Source of the DNA: Squalus acanthias
Lineage: Eukaryota
Direction of reading: 5' to 3'
NCBI GenBank assembly: GCA_030390025.1
Contig: CM059433.1
Span: forward strand, 7,008,001-7,072,000
DNA length: 64,000 bases
Under the pieces are notes generated by a model. The model worked only from the letters and a program-made list of their open reading frames with translations, was not told where the DNA came from and made no database searches. This document shows, piece after piece, positions 41,552 to 54,643 of this stretch. How positions within the stretch are numbered: position 1 is the first letter of the stretch; every line of letters begins with the position of its first letter. A program made the position numbers and the translations under genes.

Positions 41552-41922
41552 TAGAGGGTACAGAGGATCAGGGTCTGCCTTCAAAGAGCAACCTCAGGAC
41601 AGTGAGGATTTTTGTTATAACATCTGGCGCCATAGGAGGCATTTTACACCAGCTGGCAAATAGCCACATCTACAGAGCAAGATGCTCCTATCTGTAGCTG
41701 ATCAACCAGCAATGCTTCAGAAGGTTGCACTTCCCCCATGAGTGCGTACAGCAGTTATGTCACTTCCTCCCCCAGTCCTGGAGTCCAGCTCCACCAGAGG
41801 CATTACTGATAGGGGATCCCCACTCATAAGCACCAGTCCACACCTCCCTCTACTCCCAGTGGCTCTGGTGCAGCCATCCTCCATTACTAACACCTGCTGC
41901 TGAGAGAAAATGGGAGCGGAGG

Positions 41923-42057
41923 TTAAGATCTATAGTTGTTAAACTCAATGTCAAGGGCGGAAGGTTGTAAAGTGTCCAATCGAAAAATGAGGTGCTGTTC
42001 CTCAGGTTTGCGTTGAGCTTCATTGGAACAGTGTCGGAGGCCGAGGACAGAAACATC
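41923..42057 (-). pseudogene. Penelope-like element ORF C-terminus (GIY-YIG endonuclease region)
   Basis: Manual translation: DVSVLGLRHCSNEAQRKPEEQHLIFRLDTLQPSALDIEFNNYRS*, resembling the PLE C-terminal motif E..LI..L.TL.P.GLN. Confidence 0.75.
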
Positions 42058-42204
42058 TCACGGTACACGACCGACAGGGTGGATCACACAAACTTGTGGG
42101 CCACAAGGACACCGAGGCTCTCCCCTGTCACGGGCATCCTTCCCAGCCCCGCAATCACATCCAGAACCCACCCCCCTCCACTAGACTTTCCTTTGCTGGG
42201 AACT

Positions 42205-42589
42205 GTTCCGAACATATAAAATTCTGACAGGTCTGGACAAACTAGATGCAGGAAGAATGTTCCCGATGGTCGGAGAGTCCAGAACCAGGGGTCATAATCT
42301 AAGGATAAGGGGTAAGCCATTTAGGACAGAAATGAGGAAGAATTTCTTCACCCAGAGAGTGGTGAACCTGTGGAATTCTCTACCACAGAAGGTAGTTGAG
42401 GCCAATTCATTAAATATATTCAAGAATGAGTTAGATATATTTCTTAAAGCTAAAGGTATCAAGGGATATGGGGAGAAGGCTGGTACAGGGTACTGAGTTT
42501 GCATGATCAGCCATGATCTCATCGAATGGCGGAGCAGGCTCGAGGGGCCGAATGGCCTACTCCTGCTCCTATCTTCTATGTTTCTATGT
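42205..42589 (+). mobile_element. CR1 LINE 3' end
   Basis: MFPMVGESRTRGH...WNSLPQKVVEA; TTCTATG x2 tail. Confidence 0.9.
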
Positions 42590-42807
42590 CATTTACACCA
42601 GGTTTAGGCGGGATTCAGACCGAATTTATTTAAATGAGGTCTGGGAGTTAAAATGTCCCGGGCCTCCACAGAGAAGTCTGAAAGCTTGGGTCTCTGAGCC
42701 CTGTTGCGGTACCTTTAGACATGCCTCTTGCAGTCAGTTTTTAAATTATACTCGTTCTCAGGATATGGGCAACCTTGGAAAGGCTGAATTTATTGCACTG
42801 AGAAGAA

Positions 42808-43147
42808 GAAATTAGTATTAGTAAAGAAATAGTACTGGAGAAATTAATGGGACTAAAAGCCGATAAATCCCCTGGACCTGATGGCTTAAAACCTAAGGTT
42901 TTAAAAGAGGTGGCTACAGAGATAGTGGATGCATTGTTTTTGATCTTCCAGAATTCCCTGCAATCTAGAACAGTCCCCGTGGATTGGAAGGTAGCAAATG
43001 TAACCCCACTATTCAAGAAAGGAGGGAGAGAGAAAACAGGGAACCACAGACCAGTTAGCCTGACATCAGTAGTTGGGAAAATGCTAGAATCTATTATTAG
43101 GGACGTGATAACAGGGCACTTAGAAAATCATAATATGATTGGGCATG
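42808..43147 (+). mobile_element. CR1 ORF2 internal fragment (upstream of the RT domain)
   Basis: LKADKSPGPDG...DWKVANVTPLFKKGG...NHRPVSLTSVVGKMLE. Confidence 0.9.
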
Positions 43148-43199
43148 CCATTGATTTTAAAAGAAATGAGGACAGTTCCTCTTTGTGCAAATGTGCTCA

Positions 43200-43591
43200 A
43201 GTCCAGGGACTTGAGCACATAAAGCTAGGTTGACACTGCAGTGCAGTGCTGAGGGAGTGCTGCACTATTGGAGGTGCCCTCTTTCGGATGAGACGTTAAA
43301 CCGAGGCCCCGTCTGCTCTCTCAGGTGGATGTAAAAGATCCCATGGGCCCTATTTCGAAGAAGAGCAGGGGAGTTACCCCGGTGTCCTGGCCAATATTTA
43401 TCCCTCAACCAACATAATAAAAACAGATTATCTGGTCATTAGCACATTGCTGTTTGTGGGACCTTGCTGTGCGCAAATTGGCGGCTGAGTTTCCCACATT
43501 ACAACAGTGACTTCAAAAGTACTTCATTGTAAAGCGCTTTGAGATGTCCAGTGGTCGTGAAAGGCGCTGTATAAATGCAAGTCTTTCTTTC
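43200..43591 (+). mobile_element. DeuSINE, 5'-truncated
   Basis: Collinear with 55921-56325. Confidence 0.9.
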
Positions 43592-43595
43592 ATTG

Positions 43596-44117
43596 AGCCA
43601 TATTATAAAAAGGATATAGAGGGTGCAGAGAAGATTTACAAGGATGATACCAGAAATGCGAGGATATACCTATCAGGAAAGGATGAACAGGCTGGGTCTC
43701 TTTTCTCTTGAAAAGAGAAGGCTGAGGGGTGACCTAATAGAGGTCTTTAAAATTATGTAAGGTTTTGATAGAGTAGATACAGAGAGAATGTTTCCACTTG
43801 TGGGGAAGAGCATAACTGGAGGCCATCAATATAAGATAGTCACCAAGAAATCAAATAGGGAATTCAGAAGAAACTTCTTTACCCAGAGGGTGGTGAGAAT
43901 GTGGAATTCGCTACCACAGGGAGTGGTTGAAGCGAATAGTATGGATGCATTTAAGGGGAGGCTAGATAAGCATATAAGGGAAAAGGGAATAGAGGGTTAT
44001 GCTGATAGATTTAGATGAGGAAAGACGGGAGGAGGCTCGAGTGGAGCATAAACGCTGGCCTGGACTGGTTGGGCCAAGTGGCCTGTTTCTGTGCTGTATA
44101 TCCGATGTAATCCTATG
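43596..44117 (+). mobile_element. CR1 LINE 3' fragment (same family as 1-222)
   Basis: RRLRGDLIEVFK, FTQRVVRMWNSLP; GTAATCCTATG tail. Confidence 0.9.
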
Positions 44118-44138
44118 TGATAAAATTCTTAAGGGGCA

Positions 44139-44948
44139 TTTTTTTTATTCGTTTATGGGATCAGGGCGTCACTGGCAATGCCAGCATTTATTGCCCATCC
44201 CTATATGCCCTTGAGAAGGTGGTGGTGAACCGCCTTCTTGAACCGCTGCAGTCCGTGTGGTGAAGGTACTCCCACAGTGCTGTTAGGTAGGGAGTTCCAG
44301 GATTTTGACCCAGCGACGATGAAGGATCGGTGATATACTTCCAAGTCAGGATGGTGTGTGACTTGGAGGGGAACTTGGAGTTGGTGGTGTTCCCATGCGC
44401 CTGCTGCCCTTGTCCTTCTAGGTGGAAGAGGTCGTGGGTTTGGGAGGTGCTGCCGAAGAAGCCTTTGCGAGTTGCTGCAGTGCATCTTGTAGATGGTACA
44501 CACTGCAGCCACGGTACGCCGGTGGTGGAGGAAGTGAATGTTTAAGGTGGTGGATGGGGTGCCAATCAAGTGGGCTGCTTTGTCCTGGATGGTGTCGAGC
44601 TTCTTGAGTGTTGTTGGAGCTGCACTCATCCAGGCAAGTGGAGAGTATTCCATCACACTCCTTACTTGTGCCTTGTAGATGGTGGAAAGGCTTTGGGGAG
44701 TCAGGAGGTGAGACACTCGCTGCAGAATATCTAGCCTCTGACCTGCTCTTGTTGCCACAGTATTTATGTGGCTGGTCCAGTTAAGTTTCTGGTTAATGGT
44801 GACCCCCAGGATGTTGATAGTGGGGGATTTGGCAATGGTAATGCCATTGAATGTCAAGGGGAGATGGTTAGACTCTCGCCTGTTGGAGATAGTCATTGCC
44901 TGGCACTTCTGTGGCACGAATGTTACCTGCCACTTATCAGCCCAAGCC
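44139..44948 (-). mobile_element. CR1-group LINE of a distinct family, ORF2 C-terminus open
   Basis: WADKWQVTFVPQKC...IYKAQVRSVMEY...WNSLP; short 3' UTR GGGATGGGCAATAAATGCTGGC. Confidence 0.88.
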
Positions 44949-45303
44949 TGACAGGGTAGATGCAGGGAGGATGTTTCCCCTGGCTGGGGAGTCACAACTG
45001 GGGGTCACAGTCTCAGAATAAGGGGTCGGCCATTTAGGAATAAGATAAGGAGAAATTTCTTCACTAAAAAGGTTGTGAATCTTTGGAATTCTCTACCCTA
45101 GAGGGCTGTGGATGCTCAGTCGTTGAATATATTCAAGACACATGATCAATAGATTTTTGGATACTAAGGGAATCACCGGATATGGGGATAGGGCGGGAAG
45201 GTGGAGTTGAGGTTGAAGATCAGCCATGATCTTATTGAATGGCGGAGCAGGCTTGAAGGGCCGAATGGCCTAGTCCTGCTCCTGTTTCTTATGTTCTTAT
45301 GTT
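44949..45303 (+). mobile_element. CR1 LINE 3' fragment
   Basis: 3' UTR GGCCGAATGGCC hairpin and TTCTTATG x2 tail. Confidence 0.88.
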
Positions 45304-45344
45304 ATGGTGGGGTGGCCTTCTTTCATTTATTGTTTTTTTTAGAA

Positions 45345-45600
45345 TTAAGTGGCTTCTTAGACTACTTCAGATGGCATTAAGAGTCAACCACATATGTGAA
45401 ACTGGAGTCACGTATAGGCGAGACCATGTAGGGGGCAGGATCCCTTCCTTGGACATTAGTGTCCCAGATGGGATTTTAAGACAATCGAGCAGCTTTCATG
45501 GTTATTTTTCTGCTGCTAGTCCACAGATTACCAGATTTATAGAATTCAGATTCACAACTTGCCATGGTAGGATTTGAACATAATCTCTGCGTTGCCACTT
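45345..45600 (-). mobile_element. tRNA-derived SINE (MetaSINE-like), decayed
   Basis: TTAAGAGTCAACCAC, CTGGAGTCAC and GCCATGGTAGGATTTGAAC match 53180-53490. Confidence 0.6.
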
Positions 45601-45704
45601 CAATAATTTACCCCTATTCTGCTTGCTTCCTGATGTTCCATCAGTGACGTGCTGCAGCCAGTTAAATACTGCAGCAGCTTACAGAGGGCATGCCACTGAT
45701 GGGA

Positions 45705-46655
45705 CACAAACTTCTACGCAAGATTAGGGCTCATGGGGTTGGGGGTAATATACGAGCATGGATAGGGGATTGGTTAATGGACAGAAAACAGAGAGTAGGG
45801 ATAAACGGGTCATTTTCGGGTTGGCAGGCTGTAACTAGTGGGGTGCCGCAAGGATCAGTGCTGGGGCCTCAGCTATTTACAATCTATATTAATGACTTGG
45901 ATGAAGGGACCGAGTGTGATGTATCCAAGTTTGCTGACGATACAAAGCTAGGTGGGAAAGTAAGCGGTGAGGAGGACACAAAGAGCCTGCAAAGGGATAT
46001 AGACAGGTTAAGTGAGTGGGCAAGAAGTTGGCAGATGGAGTATAATGTGGTGAAATGTGAGGTTATTCACTTTGGTAGGAAGAATAAAAAAATAGAATAT
46101 TTTTTAAATCGTGAGAAACTATTAAATGTTGGTGTTCAGAGAGATTTGGATGTCCTCGTACAGGAAACACAGAAAGCTAGCATGCAGGTACAGCAAGCAA
46201 TTAGGAAGGCAAATGGCATGTTGGCCTTTATTGCAAGGGGGTTGGAGTACAAGAGTAAGGAAGTCTTGCTACAATTGTACAGGGCCTTGGTGAGATCACA
46301 CCTGGAGTACTGTGTGCAGTTTTGGTCTCCTTATCTGAGGAAGGATACACTTGCCTTGGAGGCGGAGCAACGAAGGTTCACTAGATTCACGAAGGGGTCA
46401 GTCATTTAAGACTGAGATGAGGAGGAATTTTTCACTCAGAGGGTTGTGAATCTTTGGAATTCTCTGCCCAAAGGATGTGGATGCTGAATCGTTGAGTATA
46501 TTCAAGGCTGAGATATATTGATTTTTGGACTCTTGGGGAATCAAGGGATATGGAGATCGGGCAAGAAAGTGGAGTTGAGGTCGAGATCTTATTGAATGGC
46601 GGAGCAGGCTCGAGGTACTGTATGGCCTACTCCTGCTCCGAATTCTTATGTTCTT
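45705..46655 (+). mobile_element. CR1 LINE with RT core and an internal deletion near 46390
   Basis: SGVPQGSVLGP and KFADDTKL RT motifs; jumps from RRFTR directly to the 3'-terminal region; TTCTTATG tail. Confidence 0.92.
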
Positions 46656-47306
46656 AAGCTGCAGGTATAACCAATATTCCTTCACTTTCAGCACATGAAA
46701 ACCTGAAAGGATTATCCAATTGTTGATGGAACAAGATTTATTTTCCAGGTGATCTTGGGGCATGTTCTCTTTCCTCCCGCCTCCCACACCCCAACAAGGA
46801 CTGCGCCAGGCTTCTCTCTCTCTCTCTCTCTTCCTATCAGTGCTGCTCCTGACCTCTCTTTTCTTCCCCTTTCCTCCTCTCCACCAAGTGCTGCTGCTGG
46901 TTTTTCACACTCTCTATCTCTATTCAGATGAGGCGTTAATCTGAACCAAACCCATGTTGTTATGAGCCAATGACTTTAGGATAGGCAGGGAGAAAATTGG
47001 TGACAGAGCAGAAACACTGACGATCTCTTAGTCTGAACTTTTGAAAGGAAAAACGATGCTGGCAGTTACGACTCCAGTGAATCTCCCAATTCCTGTGAAA
47101 GTTTTCTTGAATAATCAGGACATGGATAATGGGAGCACAGATAACTGGGATTCCATTCTACATAAAATATCATCAAATTATTTATTACAAATGGAAACTT
47201 AGTTATGTAGCTATTATTTATATAGTTCAGATTCCAGGAGACTGTCATTACATGACTAACTCTGGCACCCTTAATCCTGAAGACAGGCCTGTAGACCTGG
47301 ATCAAT

Positions 47307-48151
47307 GGGTGCGATCTTGCCAGCCCTGGGGAGGCGGGTTTGGAGGCAGGACTACCGGGAAAATGGCAGAATCTGGGAGCGGGTACCCATCCCGTCCCCA
47401 ACCCACCTCCGTGCCATCTTCCCAGGAGGCGGGTAGCCGACCCGCGCCGGGTCCCGTCTCCTGGAGGCAGGAAGGGGATTACAGCCACTTGACTGCCTGT
47501 TAACAGGTAGTTAACAGGCAGTTAAGAGGATTATCCCCATTTTTCCACCAGAGGCGCGAGCTTCCCGACGTCGGGAAACCCCGCCAGGGTCACCGAAGCG
47601 AGCAGTGGGTCTGCGGGGGTCTGCGGGGTGCAAAAGTGCACTGTGGAGGTAAGTGATGGGTGCAAGTGTGGAGAGGTAAGTATGTGAGATGAGTGGAAAG
47701 TGATAGAAAATGTTTACTTATCTTTGTTTCTTCCTGCAGGTTTCAACCGTTGGGGATGCGGAGAGTCTTGCACCTCCGCGGCAGAGATGACAGATGGCTG
47801 CTGCATTCTCCGATGCAACATCCATCTCATTTCTACAAAAGAAAGAGGGTTGATGAGTCTTGAATACAAGAACTCATCAAACAACAGAGAAAGTCAGTGT
47901 TTGACAGCTTCACAGAGCTGTCAAACGATGACAATTCATCTGTCAAAAATTTTTGACAGATGAAACGTCATACGCTGACGTTCTCTGTAACCGGCTTCCC
48001 CTTAATTAGCCGGCTAAGCCCGCTGGGCGGGCTCAACAAGGTCAATCAAGGGAAAATAGCATGGGTTGGCCACAAGTCGATGGAGGCGGGACTAAAACCC
48101 GACAAGCAGCAGTGCCGCCTCCAACACGCCCCCATTGACAAAATCACCCCC
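47307..48151. mobile_element. Harbinger-type MITE
   Basis: Imperfect TIRs GGGTGCGATCTTG and CAAAATCACCCCC (10/13), flanked by AAT on both sides. Confidence 0.65.
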
Positions 48152-48919
48152 AATGAGTCTACTGCCAGGATAAGGCAGCTATCGCAGTGTAAACAGTGAA
48201 AACCAGCTCCCAGACACTGATCCTCCCAAATCAGAGCAGCTTTGGTGTAAAAGTAAATAAAGAATGATTAACATTTTAGCTGTAACTGTATATCAGAACC
48301 TTATAAACCACAGCACCACAGAGTCATGCCTGTAAAGATTGACTGACCTGCTTATTGCCAGTACTTTTTGTATTTATTTCAGATTTCCATTTTTTATTTC
48401 ATCTGTTTCTTTGATGAGTTGGAAACTGCTGTTAGAAACTAAATCTGCAGATTTAAAGGTCAGGCTGGCTGTGTTGTGTGTACGATGGATACACTTGTCA
48501 GCAAGCTAACATTATTACAAATAATGTAGGATCTATTTACTGTCAATGAAATGCAACACTAACTCAAGGTTCCAAAATGACAGTCTGGTAATCTTAACCA
48601 GTCCCCTGTTCAAGCGAATATTTTCCACTGAAATCAGTCTGCCCAGCTGGTTTTGCAAGCTAAGGCATTTGCATGATGTTAAGGAATGTACCATCCAGCA
48701 GTGAAGGACAATATAAGTGTTTAAAATATCGGAGTGATTATCTGCACAAACACTTTTGCGGCTTTCTCTGCATGCGCGTGCGTACCCGGTCCCCTTCTGC
48801 GCATGAGCGCTGTTTACCGAAGCACGCATGCACAGTACCCAGTTGCAGCCTGCACCGTGGGCCACGCTTTCTTCAGCTCTGTGGGAGAAGGTCACTGGAT
48901 CCGTTGGTGGCCAGGGGAT

Positions 48920-50640
48920 AAGAGAGAGGATCGAAAGGGGAGAGAGAGAGGGAATCAGAGGGGAGAGAGAGGGAATCAGAGGGGAGAGAGAGGGAATCGG
49001 AGGGGAGAGAGAGAGAGGGAATCGGAGGGGAGAGAGAGAGGGAATCGGAGGGGAGAGAGAGAGGGAATCGGAGGGGAGACAGAGAGGGAATCGGAGGGGA
49101 GAGAGAGAGGGAATCGGAGGGGAGAGAGGGAATCGGAGGGGAGAGAGAGAGGGAATCGGAGGGGAGAGAGAGAGGGAATCGGAGGGGAGAGAGAGAGGGA
49201 ATCAGAGGGGAGAGAGAGGGAATCAGAGGGGAGAGAGGGAATCGGAGGGGAGAGAGAGAGGGAATCGGAGGGGAGAGAGAGAGGGAATCGGAGGGGAGAG
49301 AGAGAGAGAATCGGAGGGGAGAGAGAGAGAGGGAATTGGAGGGGAGAGAGAGAGGGGGAATTGGAGGGGAGAGAGAGGGAATCGGAGGGGGAGAGAGAGG
49401 GAATCGGAGGGGGAAGAGAGACGGAATTGGAGGGGAGAGAGAGGGGAGAGAGAGAGGGGGAATCGGAGGGGGAAGAGAGAGGGAATTGGAGGGGAGAGAG
49501 AGGGAATCAGAGGGAGTAGAGAGAGGGGATAGGAGGGGGGAGAGAGAGAGGGAATCAGAGGGGAGTGAGAGAGAGAATCGGAGGGGAGAGAGGGAATCAG
49601 AGGGGAGTGAGAGAGAGAATCGGAGGGGAGAGAGAGGGAATCAGAGGGGAGTGAGAGAGAGAATCGGAGGGGAGAGAGGGAATCGGAGGGGAGAGAGAGA
49701 GGGAATCGGAGGGGAGAGAGAGGGAATCGGAGGGGAGAAAGAGAGGGAATCGGAGGGGAGAGAGAGAGAGGGTATCGGAGGGGAGAGAGAGACGGGGAAT
49801 CGGAGGGGAGAGAGAGAGGGAATCGGAGGGGAGTGAGAGAGAATCGGAGGGGAGAGAGAGAGAGAATCGGAGGGGAGTGAGAGAGAGAATCGGAGGGGAG
49901 AGAGGGAATCGGAGGGGAGAGAGAGAGGGAATCGGAGGGGAGAGAGAGAGGGAATCGGAGGGGAGAGAGAGAGGGAATCGGAGGGGAGAGAGGGAATCGG
50001 AGGGGAGAGAGAGAGGGAATCGGAAGGGAGAGAGAGGGAATCGGAGGGGGAGAGAGAGGGAATCGGAGGGGGAAGAGAGACGGAATTGGAGGGGAGAGAG
50101 AGGGGAGAGAGAGAGAGGGAATCGGAGGGGGAAGAGAGAGGGAATCGGAGGGGGAGAGAGAGGGAATCGGAGGGGGAAGAGAGACGGAATTGGAGGGGAG
50201 AGAGAGGGGAGAGAGAGAGAGGGAATCAGAGGGGGAAGAGAGAGGGAATTGGAGGGGAGAGAGAGGGAATCAGAGGGAGTAGAGAGAGGGGATAGGAGGG
50301 GGGAGAGAGAGAGGGAATCGGAGGGGGAAGAGAGGGGGGATAGGAGTGGAGAGAGAGAGGGGGGAGAGAGACAGAGGGTAAGAGAGTGAGGAGGGGAGAG
50401 AGAGAGTAGGGGGAGAGAGAGCGGATCGGAGGGGGGAGAAAGGGAATCGGAGGGGGAGAGAGAGAGCGGGAGAGAGACAGAGGGTGAGAAAGGGAGGGGG
50501 GAGAGAGTGTAGGGGGGAGAGAGAGGGAATCGGAGGGGGAAGAGAGAGGGAGAATTGGAGGGGTAAAGACAGAGGGTGAGAGAGAGAGAGAGAGGGGAGG
50601 AGAGAGCGGATCGAAGGGGGGAAGAGAGGATCGGAGGGGA
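48920..50640. repeat. Polypurine minisatellite, unit approximately GGGAATCGGAGGG(GA)n
   Basis: Directly visible; it degenerates rightwards into GGTCAGGAAC-type repeats up to about 51240. Confidence 0.95.
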
Positions 50641-52409
50641 GGGGAGAGGAGGTCAGGAACATGGGGGACGAGAAGGTCAGGAACTCGGGGAGGGGGGCTA
50701 AAGAGCAAGGAGAGCACAGTGGGGATGAGGAAGAACGTGCTCCAGGTCTAAAGTAGGGGCAGGGGGGGGGAAATGAGAGCGAGAACGTGATCCAGATGGT
50801 AAGATGGATCACATTCTTCCAACCCCACCCCCTTTACACCCGTACCACGTTCTCCCTCTCCTCCCCCTAGACCTGGTTGATTTCTCGAAAAGCTCAGTGC
50901 GTGTGTGGCAAGTGACATCATTGGACTGGATGAAATCCGGAAGTCATGACACTGTCACTATTCACTTCATACCCAATAAACCTGTTAACAATCTGTGACC
51001 CACACACAATGCCCCATTTATGGGGGGGGGGGTGGAGAGGAAGGTCAGGAACTTGTTGGGGGAGAAGATCAGGAACCCGGTGTGTGGGGGGGAGGAACTT
51101 GAGCAGGGGGAGAAGGTCAGGAACTTGGTGGGGGGTGGGGGAGGTCAGGGTCAGGAACTTGTTGGGGAGGGAAAAGGTCAGAAACTCGGGGGGTGGGAGT
51201 AAGATTAGGAACTTGTTGAGGGGAAGGAACTTGTTTGGGGGCGGGGGGAGGTCTTAACCCGTGAGGGTGAGCCCTGTTCTGTGTGAGCTCTGTTCTGTCT
51301 GGAGTAGACAGTCAGAATGGCTCGAATTACACTTTGCAAAGTAATTGATTACTTAGGCAGGCAGTATCTAATTACACATTCCAGAGAAACTGCTGGGTGT
51401 GTCTTGTCCTCCAAGGGGACCAATCAGAAATCTGGTGTTGGAAATAAACGCGACCTTAAAATATTGGCCTGAAATGCAAATTCTCTGATCCTGTTAAATC
51501 CCGGTAAAGGGAACTTCAACCTTACAAAATAAAGTTTCCCTTTAGAGTACACACACTAGCTGTTGAATCAGTGTGTACTATCCAGCTGTGTTTTAATCTG
51601 ATCAGGGAAGGTTTAGGTCCCAGAGTGCTGGTCACTCTAATCTGCCTGCCAGTTAGGTTAGTGGCAGAGCCACTAGACGGAGTGTTTCACTTCGGGTGAG
51701 AGACTCCATCTCAGGGAATGGGGAAACAGGTAACGTCTCACCCTCACTGCCTGGGCAGTAATCCAGCCGAGAGGATCGCACACCTGTTGGCAAACTCACC
51801 CGCTTTTCATTCCATTGAAATCAGGCGAGTTCTACAATGGGAAGCAATGTGCTGTGCCAGATTACTGTTGAGACAGAGGAGATGAAAAGTTACCCCAAGA
51901 TCTGATTTATTTCCTCTTCCACAAGCAGACTTCCTGTCAGCTGATTGTGTGTTACCATTGAACTCACGCTGATGCTTGTCTGTTCACCTGCTATTTGTGC
52001 ACTGCAGACTGTAAAAATATCTTAAAGCTCCATTCACCACATCTAAGATGTTTGTTTTCAGTCTGTCATCTTATTTAAGCATTGCCTTGTGAACTATTCT
52101 ACATCCTTTTTTAGTGTGATGCTCTGCCACATATATAAATACTTTCCTTGAGATATTAAACAAAAAAGGTTAATTTTCAACAGTGCTGCAACTTGGAAAA
52201 TGCACTTTGGACTTTTATTTCTGTCTCAACCTTTATTTCTATTTTTCTCCCCTTCCATCCTGAGGTCATTGGCTCATAACAACATGGGTACTCTCTGCTA
52301 TCTCTTCCCAAGTTCCTATTCATTTTTCAGGAGCTGAGGCAGTATGTGTTAGCAAGTTATTTCGCCATGGGAGGGGTGGAGCAACACCAGCGAGTACCAT
52401 CAGTAACAT

Positions 52410-52780
52410 AACAGGGAAGTGTTCCACTTTCTCAGTATCCAGCTTGTTTATGACCAGCATCATGCCATCGAAAGCTCGGTTCCTGGCCGCTGCCACGACG
52501 CTTTCATTTTATCGGGCAATCGTCGTGCAGAAAAGCTGGGAGATTAAGGCTACCCTCTGCAGACATGGCTAATGACCCCTGCGCACTTTTCCAGGACACA
52601 TACTCAGCATTGCTATACCGAGGTCCATTCTGACGCCAGTCATAAAAGAGCACGGTTGGAATTTTGAAAATGTGCTTTAGGCTGAAGCAGCCTGGGGGAT
52701 GGGGGGAATACTCTGCAATGCAGTCGAGCTAGAATTTCAAGTGCAGTGGTGGCATGCTGCCGACTGCACAACTTTGCATT
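52410..52780 (+). pseudogene. Highly decayed Harbinger transposase fragment
   Basis: Manual reading gives ARFL, HDAFIL, GD*GYPLQTWLMTP and ACCRLHNFA, in the same order as in the two larger copies. Confidence 0.7.
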
Positions 52781-53064
52781 GCAAAGATGCCTCAGCTTGG
52801 CAGAGCAGCAGCCTGAGTAGGATGTGGCGGGTGATCCATTGTTGGCTGCGAGACACATTCAGGCAATCAGATATGGGAGATCCTCCCTTGACTACCACAT
52901 CTGGCTTATTCATCAACAACCCTGGCTACGTTTTCTGCCATCCCACCCATAAAGGTGCCATCACCTTCAGACCTTTCTCTGTGCACTTAATGCACATGGA
53001 TTCCATTCAAGCCACCTCATCAAAACCGCTTTGCAAACTTGCCAAAAAACAATGTCTGTATTGT

Positions 53065-53490
53065 TTTTGAATTCATTCTTGGGGATGTGGGCGTCGCCGT
53101 CAAGGACAGCATTCATTGCCCATCCTAAATTGCCCTTCAGAAGGTGGTGGGCCTTCTTGAACTGCTGCAATGCTTATAGTGGTTTGATACAACTGAGTGG
53201 CTTGCTGGGCCACTTCAGAAGTCAGTTAAGAGTCAATCACGTTAGTGTGGGACTGTAGCCACATATAGAACAGACCAGGTAAGGATGCCAGGTTTTCTTC
53301 CCTGAAGGACGTTAGTGATCTGACAGTTTCATGGTCACTCTCACTGGTACCAGCTTTTTTATTTCCAGATTTGTTTAATTGAATTCAAATGCTCAAACTG
53401 CCATGGCGGAATTTGAACTCACGTTCTCTGGATTAATAGTCCAGGCCTCTGGGTTACTATCCAGTAACATAATCATTACTCTACCATGCC
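53065..53490 (-). mobile_element. tRNA-derived SINE (MetaSINE-like) with a LINE-derived tail
   Basis: Minus strand: B-box-like GAGTTCAAATTCC, central GTCCTTCAGGGAAGAAAACCTGGCATCCTTACCTGGTCTG, and a tail homologous to the LINE 3' end at 54525-54625. Confidence 0.7.
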
Positions 53491-54319
53491 CTATGTATAC
53501 ACAACACTGTCAGTGCAACCACAATTTTATTTATATACCAGTGCATGAATGTGACTAGTGCTTCTTACCACTGTGCTTCCCACTTGCTGCCAATCTATGA
53601 TGTGGCAAGTCTCACCCCGAGTATAATGCTACCTAAGTGTCAGGAGCAGGTAATATGGTGGCTGCTGTGGATCCAGATAGTGGCTGTTGCTCACGACAGC
53701 AAGTCCCGAGGTAGACCTGCCGCAGGCTATGCCACTTGAGCTGATGCATGGGCAGCCTAGTATCTCAGGAGGCTGGCAGGAGGGTACGCCAGTGCAGCCA
53801 GCCTGAGAGACACGTTGTGTCATGTGTGCGCATTCCTGTGATGCAACTAGTACTGGGTACTGGCTCCGATTGGTCACTGATCAGCTGGAAAGCAGACCTA
53901 ATTATGCCAATTTGATCACTGAAACCCATTGATTGCTGTCTGTAACCCCTCCCCGAGATGGTAAGGCCATGAAAAGACAGTCCTATCCATTCATGGGAGA
54001 AGCTAAGATTGCCCTTCAGGTCTCTGCCAGGGGTGCCTCCACAGCAGATTGACCTGGAACTTTAGGGTAGACTCCAGTGCTGCAAAGCCATTCATCATGG
54101 TGCTGCAGATGTAGGTATTGGGCAATTCCACTTGGTCTGCCATCTGCTGCACATTCTCAGAGGCTGTTCCCCAATACCTGCACGTGAGATTGATGCTCTG
54201 CAATTATGCTTCATTTCAAAGCAGGATCCTTAAGATCTGGGTCCTTAAGCTCTTCAACCCAAAAGCTAACATCTCTTGACCTTCTGATCAGAAATGTTTT
54301 CCTTCTCATCTTCCAACTC

Positions 54320-54643
54320 GCCAAGGCTTCCTCGGCAAACCTGCGGACCTCTACCACCTAGAAGGACAAGGGCAGCAGGCGCATGGGAACGCCACCACCT
54401 GCAAGTTCCCCTCCAAGTTACACACCATCCTGACTTGGAAATATATCGTCGTTCGTCCATCATCGCTGGGTCAAAATCCTGGAACTCCCTCCCTAACAGC
54501 ACTGTGGGAGCACCTTCACCACAAGGATTGCAGCGGTTCAAGAAGGCGGCTCACCACCACCTTCTCAAGGGCAATTAGGGATGGGCAATAAATGCTGGCC
54601 TTGCCAGCGACGCCCACATCCCAGAAACAATTTTTTTTTTTTT
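54320..54643 (+). mobile_element. LINE 3' fragment (family of 44139-44948)
   Basis: PLPPRRTRAAGAWE...WNSLPNSTVG...HHLLKGN*; same UTR. Confidence 0.88.

Noticed and set aside
47741..47963. Possible exon after TTCTTCCTGCAG
   Set aside because: It lies inside a TIR-bounded MITE and the peptide is not recognisable.
48734..50812. Arg/Glu/Gly-rich and Pro/Ser/Leu-rich ORFs
   Set aside because: Translations of the polypurine repeat.
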